Virus record (IMG/VR): IMGVR_UViG_2737471865_000004 | Coordinates: 1-7,457 of that record | Origin: a virus | Lineage: Duplodnaviria > Heunggongvirae > Uroviricota > Caudoviricetes | Strand: one strand, 5' to 3' | DNA length: 7,457 bases | In this document: piece after piece, positions 1-7,383 of the stretch | Position numbering within the stretch: the first letter of the stretch is position 1 | Layout of the letters: each line of letters begins with the position of its first letter | The notes under the pieces: model-generated | What the model saw: the letters and a program-made list of their open reading frames with translations, nothing else | What the model was told of the DNA's origin: nothing | Databases searched by the model: none | Translations under genes and position numbers: made by a program

Positions 1-93
<93 letters not shown>

Positions 94-196
94 AAACTGG
101 GGATAACGCCTTAAATGGCGAAGAAACGGTCTAAATAGGCTGATTCAAGGCATTTACGGGAGAAAAAATCGGCTCAAACATGAAGAAATGAAATGA

Positions 197-3100
197 CTGA
201 GTCAGCCGAGAAGAATTTCCCCGCTTATTCGCACCTTCCCTAATAATACAACCATTAACGGAGGAAGACAGACAATTCATGACGGGGGCATTTCCACCGG
301 TACGATAATCGACAGTGGCAATCAGGACGTTTATACAGGTGGTATCAGCAATGGAACGACAATTAAGGGTGGTAATTCACACATAAGTGGGGGGACTGCG
401 AATGGAACCATCATTGATGGTGGAGGGCAGACAGTAACAACTCAGGGGCATGTTGATGGTACAACGATAAATAAGTCCGGTTATCAGGACATCACGCAAG
501 GAAGTATTGCAACGAACACAATCATAAATGGTGGACGACAGTATGTTGAACAGAGCACAGTAGGAACAACCACCATTAAAAATGGCGGTGAGCAAAGAGT
601 ATATGAAAGCCATGCGCTGGACACGACGATTGAAGGTGGAACTCAGTCTCTGAATAATAAGTCAACGGCAAAAAATACTCAGATCTATTCTGGTGGTACG
701 CAAATTGTTGATTACACCAGCTCCTCGGATGTTATTGAAGTTTATTCCGGTGGCGTGCTTGATGTTAGTGGTGGTACGGCAACAAATGTTACCCAGCACG
801 ATGGTGCAATTTTAAAAACAAACACTAACGGTACGACGGTGAGCGGTACGAATAGTGAAGGTGCATTCTCCATCCACAATCACGTGGCAGACAATGTGTT
901 GCTGGAAAACGGTGGTCATTTAGACATAAACGCATATGGTTCGGCAAACAAGACGATTATTAAAGATAAAGGAACAATGTCAGTTTTAACGAATGCTAAA
1001 GCTGATGCGACCCGAATAGATAACGGCGGGGTAATGGATGTTACCGGAAACGCGACCAATACCATAATCAATGGTGGTACACAGAATATTAATAATCATG
1101 GTATTGCCACGGGTACCAATATCAACGGCGGAACGCAAAATATCAAGAGCGGCGGGAAAGCTGACACGACAATTATATCCTCCGGGAGCCGGCAGGTTGT
1201 TGAGAAAGATGGTACGGCAACTGGCAGCAATATTAGCGCCGGAGGCTCGCTGATTGTCTATACCGGTGGTATTGCACATGGGGTTAACCAGGAGACGGGC
1301 AGTGCTTTAGTTGCCAACACGGGCGCAGGGACTGATATTGAAGGATACAACAAGCTCTCTCACTTCACTATTACCGGAGGGGAGGCTAATTATGTTGTGC
1401 TGGAAAATACCGGCGAACTGACGGTAGTGGCTAAAACCTCGGCGAAAAATACTACCGTTGATGCTGGCGGTAAGCTGATTGTCCAGAAGGAGGCTAAAAC
1501 AGATACCACCAGACTTAATAATGGTGGCGTTCTGGAGGTTCAGGACGGTGGTGAGGCTAAGCATGTTGAGCAACAATCCGGCGGCGCATTAATTGCTTCC
1601 ACAACTTCCGGAACCCTTATCGAAGGAATCAACAGTTATGGTGATGCTTTCTACATCAGGAATTCAGAAGCTAAAAATGTAGTGCTGGAAAACGCTGGCT
1701 CATTAACAGTCGTCACTGGTTCCCGGGCAGTTGATACGATTATTAATGCCAACGGCAAAATGGATGTTTATGGAAAAGATGTTGGCACTGTACTCAATAG
1801 TGCTGGCACCCAAACAATATATGCCAGTGCCACTTCTGATAAAGCAAATATCAAAGGTGGCAAGCAAACGGTATATGGATTAGCCACTGAGGCAAATATC
1901 GAAAGTGGTGAACAAATTGTTGATGGTGGGTCAACAGAGAAAACACACATCAATGGTGGCACGCAAACCGTTCAGAATTATGGTAAGGCAATCAATACCG
2001 ATATCGTCTCTGGCCTACAACAAATTATGGCAAACGGGACAGCGGAAGGTTCCATTATTAATGGGTGTTCACAGGTAGTTAATGAGGGCGGTCTGGCTGA
2101 AAACTCGGTGCTTAATGACGGCGGCACACTCGATGTGCGGGAGAAAGGCAGCGCAACGGGGATACAGCAGAGTAGCCAGGACGCTTTGGTTGCAACCACC
2201 AGGGCGACGCGGGTCACAGGAACACGCGCGGATGGCGTCGCGTTCAGCATCGAGCAGGGTGCGGCGAACAATATCCTGCTGGCAAATGGCGGCGTGTTAA
2301 CCATGGAGTCAGACACCTCTTCTGACAAAACACAGGTCAATACGGGCGGACGGGAGATCGTCAAAACAAAAGCCACTGCGACAGGCACGACGCTCACCGG
2401 CGGCGAACAAATCGTCGAGGGGGTGGCGAATGAGACAACGATTAACGACGGCGGAATACAAACAGTTTCAGCTAACGGAGAGGCAATAAAAACAAAGATC
2501 AATGAAGGCGGTACGCTGACAGTTAACGATAATGGCAAAGCGACAGATATCGTCCAGAACAGCGGTGCCGCTCTCCAGACGAGCACGGCTAACGGTATTG
2601 AAATCAGCGGTACTCACCAGTACGGCACTTTTTCCATTTCCGGCAATTTAGCGACCAATATGTTGCTGGAAAATGGCGGTAATTTATTGGTATTAGCAGG
2701 TACCGAAGCTCGCGACTCCACGGTTGGCAGCGGTGGAGCCGCCAACGGCAGTTATCGCAGCAACGGGCTGGGCGGTCACATTGAAACCGGGATGCGATTT
2801 ACCGATGGTAACTGGAACCTGACGCCGTATGCATCGTTAACGGGGGTTCACCGCTGATAACCCTGAATATCATTTATCCAATGGCATGGAATCGAAATCA
2901 GTCGATACCCGCAGTTTATATCGTGAACTGGGTGCAACGCTGAGTTACAACATGCGTCTGGGGAACGGTATGGAAGTTGAGCCGTGGCTGAAGGCGGCTG
3001 TGCGCAAAGAATTTGTCGATGATAACCGGGTGAAAGTGAATAGTGACGGTAATTTCGTCAATGATTTGTCGGGCAGACGTGGAATATACCAGGCAGGTAT

Positions 3101-3212
3101 TAAAGCCTCATTCAGCAGTACGTTAAGCGGGCATCTTGGGGTGGGGTATAGCCATGGTGCCGGTGTGGAATCCCCGTGGAACGGGGTAGCTGGTGTGAAC
3201 TGGTCGTTCTGA
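197..3212 (+). pseudogene. ypjA: Type Va (AIDA-I/Ag43-like) autotransporter adhesin remnant, ypjA-like; 5'-truncated and frameshifted
   Basis: One frame is open from 197 (just after an in-frame TGA at 194-196) to TGA at 2855-2857, with no in-frame ATG or signal peptide; the track ORF 755-2857 begins at an internal GTG. Translation is Gly/Thr/Asn-rich with recurring ...T-I-I-N-G-G-T-Q... units typical of AIDA-type passenger repeats. ORF 2886-3212 in another frame ends ...GVNWSF, a typical beta-barrel C-terminus; that frame is open back to 2841, so the frame switch lies at about 2841-2857. Symbol is by synteny only: an autotransporter 3' end ~160 bp from the ssrA-derived att core, as I recall for ypjA next to CP4-57 in E. 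coli K-12. Confidence 0.75.
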
Positions 3213-3221
3213 CCATCAACG

Positions 3222-3245
3222 AAAAAGCCCACATCTGTGGGCTTT
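3222..3245. terminator. Bidirectional intrinsic terminator hairpin (AAAAA-GCCCAC-ATCT-GTGGGC-TTT)
   Basis: Perfect 6-bp GC-rich stem 3227-3232 / 3237-3242 with a 4-nt loop, A5 tract upstream and T3 downstream on the plus strand; on the minus strand the same hairpin is followed by TTTTT. It lies 10 bp after the autotransporter stop and ~130 bp downstream (minus-strand sense) of the ssrA 3' end. Confidence 0.5.
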
Positions 3246-3372
3246 CATGTCACCAGGAGCCGCGGCTCCTTTGCGTATCCTTTTATGTCTCTTCACCGTC
3301 TGGTCGGTGTCCTGCTGAGACTGCTAACTTCCTGTTTTTATTGGTGTTGTCCTTATACCGTCCAATCATGAT

Positions 3373-3417
3373 TGGTGGAGCTGGCGGGAGTTGAACCCGC
3401 GTCCGAAATTCCTACAT
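3373..3417 (-). other. ssrA: 3'-terminal ~45 nt of ssrA (tmRNA) including the CCA end: prophage attachment-site core at the prophage/chromosome junction
   Basis: Minus strand reads ...ATGTAGGAATTTCGGACGCGGGTTCAACTCCCGCCAGCTCCACCA, which matches the 3' end of E. coli tmRNA as I recall it. The match stops at 3417/3418 and nothing upstream resembles the rest of ssrA, so this is a fragment or att core, not a gene. Confidence 0.7.
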
Positions 3418-3533
3418 ACCATTTTGACTATAATAAAAACATATATTTATGTTTTAAAACAGTACGTTAGTGTTATTTTGTTTTTGTCGGTTTTACACAT
3501 TTTTAATGCTCTGCCGCCAAGTTGTCGCCATTG

Positions 3534-4517
3534 CTAATTCCTATCAGCAGGTAGAATTGCTGGGTAGAGCTTAGAGCAATCATTGCCATAGTCAGGGATA
3601 AAGTCCCATAGCCCTTTTGGCGTTTGGAAGACCTCAGGGCTTAAGCCAATCAGCATATAAACATGAACTAACAGCTCGCGCAATCCAGTGACCATTTGCT
3701 TTATTTGTTTTTCATCAGAGAAAGAAGTGGTGAAGGGTTTTTCTTCAATGGAGTCAAAAAGAATAAACTCATGTTTTTCATATCGATAGTCGATCCCTAA
3801 TTCTCTGCAAAGTTGGATAATATTGATTTCGAGCATTTGAAGGGAAATCACTTGGATATCATAAGAAGTCTCTTTGTTGTAACAGCTTTTAATAGCTTTG
3901 TTGATATTCTTATAATAATCTTGAACTCTACCCATAAATAATGAACTTATTTCTTTGCTATAGCCTTCTTCAATAGAGGATTTTGTAAAAATATTCATGT
4001 AAAGAATATAAGGGTGAGAAATGGAAAGTTCTATATATTTTTTTCCATCATCGTGTTCGGTAAACTCTCTACTAACGATAAATGAAGGGACGGTTTTAAA
4101 AATATCGGCATAACTCTTCTGGTGGGCATAAAATGAATCAGATTTATTTTTTGCTTTTACCAGCTCTATTTGATGCTCTGTCCTTGAAAGCTGCGTCTCT
4201 GTTTGAATGGTCCTGTGAATATTCTTAACTATAGCTCCAAGAGGTACTGAACTGGCTAGCAGCATTAGAGGGAATTTACTGATTTCGTAAAAGCGAGTAT
4301 AGCCGTGGGCACTTAACACCGGGACCTTGCCCCACCATGCGAAAATCCCAAAATAAAAGAATGATAATACTGGTATTCCGATTGATAACCAGAATAATTT
4401 CTGTTTTATAAGGTTTTGTTCATTTAATAAATACCACTTGTATTTATATGTTAAATACAATATGTATATTAACATTACAACATAGAACATAATGCCAATT
4501 GATGAATAGAGGGTCAT
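3534..4517 (-). CDS. Hypothetical membrane-anchored protein, 327 aa (two N-terminal hydrophobic helices plus ~265-aa C-terminal domain); AT-rich prophage cargo gene of unknown function
   Basis: Uninterrupted 327-codon ORF. Its ATG (4517-4515) overlaps the int stop codon (ATGA overlap). Hydrophobic segments at roughly residues 7-24 and 41-62. Hand-counted GC of sampled 60-nt stretches is ~23-28% versus ~48% in int. No catalytic motif I can recognise. Confidence 0.7.
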   Translation of the reverse strand: MTLYSSIGIMFYVVMLIYILYLTYKYKWYLLNEQNLIKQKLFWLSIGIPVLSFFYFGIFAWWGKVPVLSAHGYTRFYEISKFPLMLLASSVPLGAIVKNIHRTIQTETQLSRTEHQIELVKAKNKSDSFYAHQKSYADIFKTVPSFIVSREFTEHDDGKKYIELSISHPYILYMNIFTKSSIEEGYSKEISSLFMGRVQDYYKNINKAIKSCYNKETSYDIQVISLQMLEINIIQLCRELGIDYRYEKHEFILFDSIEEKPFTTSFSDEKQIKQMVTGLRELLVHVYMLIGLSPEVFQTPKGLWDFIPDYGNDCSKLYPAILPADRN

Positions 4518-5541
4518 GCTTTTTTCCAGTCTAATTTGTAAAGTGGATTTTTTGTTACAGCATCTTCCAAGTGATCAGGGGCAAAGTGAGCGTAAACCAT
4601 CGTCATTTTTATATCAGCATGGCCCAGAATATCGCGCAGTACCAGTATATTTCCGCCGTTCATCATAAAATGGCTGGCGAATGTATGGCGCAGTACGTGG
4701 GTGCACTGGCCCTCTGGCAGTTCGATACCGGCTCGCTTTACTGCACGCTCAAAGGATTTTCTGCATGGGGTAAATAATCTCCCCCTGTTTTTAGGTAGTT
4801 CGTCATACAGTTCTTGAGATATTGGAACGGTTCGGTTTTTTTTACCTTTGGTCTTGGTATAAGTAATGCGATATTTTGATAACTGATGCCCTTGCAGGTT
4901 TTCTGCTTCACTCCATCGGGCACCAGTTGCTAGGCATATTTTTGCAATCATCAACAGACTGGGACTCTGAGAATCAGCACAGGCATCCAGTAGGCGTTTA
5001 ATTTCTTCCGGGGTCAGGAATGCTAGTTCACCCTCAGCGATTTTAAATGTTGGCAGCCCGACGAGAGGATTTGGTGCTGACCAGTGGCCTAGTTTTTTCA
5101 ATGTGCCGAAAACCGATGATAGGTACGTTGCTCAAGATTCACCGTGCGTGGTTTTACTGGCGACATTAGTGTGCCGTCTTCGTTACGAAGGTCACCTTTT
5201 AACCGTGCTTCGCGGTATTTCGTAAAGTCTCCGGCTGTCAGTTCTGAGGCGATGGGGTCGCCTAGACCATTACAGATAATTCTAAGTTTCGCCATGAGGC
5301 GCTTGGGGTCTGCGAGTGTCTGACCATACAGGGAATACCAAAGCTCAATTAACTCTGATAGGCGTCGCCGATCATCCTTTTCACCCAACCACGGTTTTTT
5401 ATTCACTTCTTCCATTGTGAAGCTTTCAAACGCAATGGCTTCGCCTTTCGTGGCAAATTGCTTACGCACGCGCTTGCCATTGCGTCCATTGGGATAGCAC
5501 TCACACAACCATTTTCCGTTCGGCTGTTTTCTGATGGTCAT
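4514..5541 (-). pseudogene. int: Tyrosine recombinase / integrase of the P2/186 family, split by a frameshift (N-terminal part 5098-5541, C-terminal part 4514-5101)
   Basis: N-terminal ORF begins MTIRKQPNGKWLCECYPNGRNGKRVRKQF... and C-terminal ORF carries ...LATGARWSEAE..., ...HVLRHTFASHFMMNGGNILVLRDILGHADIKMTMVYAHFAP..., which recall the P2 Int catalytic region. The C-terminal frame is open only from 5131 downward after a stop at 5132-5134, and homology resumes there (…ATYLSSVFGTLKKLGHW), so a single indel at about 5123-5135 separates the halves. Combined length ~340 aa. Confidence 0.85.
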
Positions 5542-5542
5542 A

Positions 5543-6175
5543 TCAAAGGCTCTTAATGATTTTCAGTGCGCGGCCTACTACCTCAATGTCATCCAGGCCG
5601 CACTCAAACGATGAATCATCCTGATGCACTACTAATTTGTTTCCCGGGAGTCGAGTCAATTTAACAATGCTTTTTATCCCGTCGATATCGACTAACCACA
5701 TACCATTTACTAGTGGTGTTTGGTTGCGATCTATTAAATAAGAATCACCAGAAGTAGTCACCAGCAGTAGGTTGCTTGAGTTTGAGGGGAGTATGCTGCT
5801 ATCAATGATTGCTTTTCCAGCATCGATCAATAAACCACCGTTGAGAGTCGCCTTGTCAATTTCAGGAGATACTAGTTCAGAAAGAGGTATAACCTTGCTG
5901 GAGTTCACGGAATTGATATTTTTTTTGGGTTCAATGTTTGAACCTGGCTCCCCCTGTCCGGTGGTTAGCCACAGTAAAGAAACTCCTGTTTCCAAGGCGC
6001 ACTGAATCACCCACTCTGCAGGAAAACTATCTCTTAAGTATCTGTTTGCCATGGTACTTTTTGATGCGCCTAAGTGATCGCAAAGTTGCTGTCTGGACTT
6101 GAAATCATAGGCTGCCATTAGTCTATGGATAGCCTCTCTTCCCCCTGTATTCTCTCCAGCCTTTACCTGTATCAT
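5543..6175 (-). CDS. cI: CI-type lysogeny repressor (N-terminal HTH domain); occupies the 186 cI / P2 C position immediately upstream of int
   Basis: 210-codon ORF whose stop lies 1 nt before the int start, implying a cI-int operon. N-terminal region (...SRQQLCDHLGASKSTMANRYLRD...) looks like an HTH. AGGA sits about 6 nt upstream of the first ATG; an internal Met 19 codons in would give 191 aa. Confidence 0.65.
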   Translation of the reverse strand: MIQVKAGENTGGREAIHRLMAAYDFKSRQQLCDHLGASKSTMANRYLRDSFPAEWVIQCALETGVSLLWLTTGQGEPGSNIEPKKNINSVNSSKVIPLSELVSPEIDKATLNGGLLIDAGKAIIDSSILPSNSSNLLLVTTSGDSYLIDRNQTPLVNGMWLVDIDGIKSIVKLTRLPGNKLVVHQDDSSFECGLDDIEVVGRALKIIKSL

Positions 6176-6192
6176 TTTTTAATCCTGTTGGC

Positions 6193-6239
6193 GTATCAAA
6201 TATTGGATCGTAGTATCTCGATGTATCAAATATTGAATC
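6193..6239. promoter_or_regulatory. Two direct copies of a 17-bp operator-like element (GTATCAAATATTGGATC / GTATCAAATATTGAATC) in the repressor-Cox/Apl intergenic switch region
   Basis: Copies at 6193-6209 and 6223-6239 are 16/17 identical with starts 30 bp apart; each contains the palindromic core AATATT, and a third GTATC half-site sits at 6213-6217. They lie between divergent regulatory genes where operators are expected. Promoter -35/-10 elements could not be assigned with confidence. Confidence 0.35.
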
Positions 6240-6294
6240 AAGTAAAACGAGATAAAACGACGTAAACCAAACCTTAATCGGGAGATACTGCACT

Positions 6295-6537
6295 ATGAGC
6301 ACTGATATTTCAATTCGTGTACCAAAAGAGATGGCTACGCCTGCAGAGTTCGCGGAATGGGAAGGTATCTCCCGCGGCTCCGTGTATCAAAAAATTCACC
6401 ATGGTCAGCTTGCTAAATACATGGTCAAGAAAGAAAAAAACAAAGGCCGCGTAAGCCTGCGTTATTTAATGTACAAAACCGATCAGGTCCGTGAATCCCT
6501 CGGTCATTCCAACTTCCGCGTCATTGTTGGTAAGTAA
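6295..6537 (+). CDS. Small HTH regulator, Cox/Apl-like (excisionase / lytic-switch protein), 80 aa
   Basis: First rightward gene of the switch, in the same position as 186 apl / P2 cox. The segment ...TPAEFAEWEGISRGSVYQKIHHGQL... resembles the HTH region of P2 Cox as I recall it. Confidence 0.5.
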   Translation: MSTDISIRVPKEMATPAEFAEWEGISRGSVYQKIHHGQLAKYMVKKEKNKGRVSLRYLMYKTDQVRESLGHSNFRVIVGK

Positions 6538-6569
6538 GTTCAATTATGAGAACTTTCTAAGGGGGTAGC

Positions 6570-7079
6570 ATGTTTGATTATAAGATTTCCAAACACCCGC
6601 ATTTTGATGAAGCCTGTAGAGCTTTTGCACTTCGTCACAATATGGCGAAGCTGGCAGAACGTGCAGGAATGAATGTCCAGACTTTGCGAAACAAACTCAA
6701 CCCAGATCAACCGCATCAGCTAAATGCGCCAGAAATCTGGCTGCTTACCGATCTGACTGAAGATTCAACGCTGATAGATGGTTTTCTGGCACAGATTCAC
6801 TGCCTGCCATGTGTACCGATTAATGAGGTAGCAAAAGAGAAACTGCCGCATTACGTCATGAGTGCAACCGCAGAGATCGGGCGTGTTGCTGCAGGTGCGG
6901 TATCTGGAGATGTAAAAACCAGTGCAGGTCGTCGTGATGCTATCAGCAGCATTAACTCTGTAACACGACTGATGGCGCTGGCTGCTGTTTCATTGCAGGC
7001 CCGTTTACAGGCTAACCCTGCGATGGTGAGTGCAGTTGATACCGTGACTGGCCTCGGTGCTTCATTCGGTTTGCTGTGA
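6570..7079 (+). CDS. cII: CII-like lysogeny-establishment transcriptional activator (phage 186 CII family), 169 aa
   Basis: Strong RBS AAGGGGG about 4 nt before the ATG. Same position (second rightward gene) and same length as 186 CII as I recall; N-terminal HTH-like segment ...NMAKLAERAGMNVQTLRNKLNP... Confidence 0.65.
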   Translation: MFDYKISKHPHFDEACRAFALRHNMAKLAERAGMNVQTLRNKLNPDQPHQLNAPEIWLLTDLTEDSTLIDGFLAQIHCLPCVPINEVAKEKLPHYVMSATAEIGRVAAGAVSGDVKTSAGRRDAISSINSVTRLMALAAVSLQARLQANPAMVSAVDTVTGLGASFGLL

Positions 7080-7086
7080 GGTGCTT

Positions 7087-7383
7087 ATGCTGAAGAAAGA
7101 ACCATCATTTGCATCGCTGCTGGTAAAACAAAGCCCGGCAATGCACTACGGTCACGGCTGGATCATGGGTGAGGATGGGAAACGCTGGCATCCATGTCAT
7201 TCACAAGATGAATTGCTGTCTGAATTGACCACGAGGAAACGGAGAAAGTCAAAATGTATGCAGCGGAAAGTGAAGTGGTTTATCAGTTTCGTTACAGAGG
7301 GGAGAGTTATTCAGTACCTGAAGATGATTTGCTCTGTTGTTATCCGTCGTTGTCGGGCGATGGCAGTTACTTTTTCACGCTAA
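7087..7383 (+). CDS. Hypothetical phage early protein (position of 186 fil/dhr-type genes); start assigned to the ATG at 7087 rather than the track start at 7057
   Basis: GAGG lies 5 nt upstream of the ATG at 7087. The C-terminal third of the translation is unusually Cys/Arg-rich, so the true extent is uncertain (see findings). Confidence 0.3.
   Translation: MLKKEPSFASLLVKQSPAMHYGHGWIMGEDGKRWHPCHSQDELLSELTTRKRRKSKCMQRKVKWFISFVTEGRVIQYLKMICSVVIRRCRAMAVTFSR

Noticed and set aside
755-757. GTG at 755 as the true start of the autotransporter
   Set aside because: The same frame is open upstream to 197 and encodes matching passenger repeats, so 755 is an internal codon.
377-2586. Antisense and alternate-frame ORFs inside the autotransporter (377-613, 986-1279, 1071-1253, 1307-1576, 1768-1962, 1978-2586, 2082-2300)
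   Set aside because: They lie entirely within the long repeat-rich passenger coding frame, on the opposite strand or an alternate frame, and have low-complexity Pro/Ser/Val/Cys-rich translations. They are typical spurious ORFs.
2945-3394. ORFs 2945-3232 (-) and 3176-3394 (+)
   Set aside because: The first is antisense to the autotransporter beta-domain. The second runs through the terminator hairpin and into the att core with no RBS and a low-complexity translation.
3373-3417. A complete tmRNA or tRNA gene
   Set aside because: Only the terminal ~45 nt match ssrA; the sequence upstream (3418 onward) is unrelated and AT-rich, so this is an att fragment.
3436-3455. Weak AT-rich hairpin (AACATA-AAT-TATGTT plus T-run) as a terminator for the cI-int-cargo operon
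   Set aside because: The stem is only 6 bp and entirely A/T, so it is too weak to call from sequence alone.
4571-6005. ORFs 4571-4777 (+), 4738-4923 (-) and 5772-6005 (+)
   Set aside because: They are embedded in the integrase and repressor coding regions on the opposite strand or an alternate frame, and the int and repressor frames carry the recognisable sequence.
6116-6176. Possible frameshift in the repressor N-terminus
   Set aside because: My hand indexing put the first ATG one base off from the track coordinate, implying an extra base near 6119-6122. The computed track reports one continuous 210-aa ORF, so I attribute this to my own counting error and keep the track coordinates.
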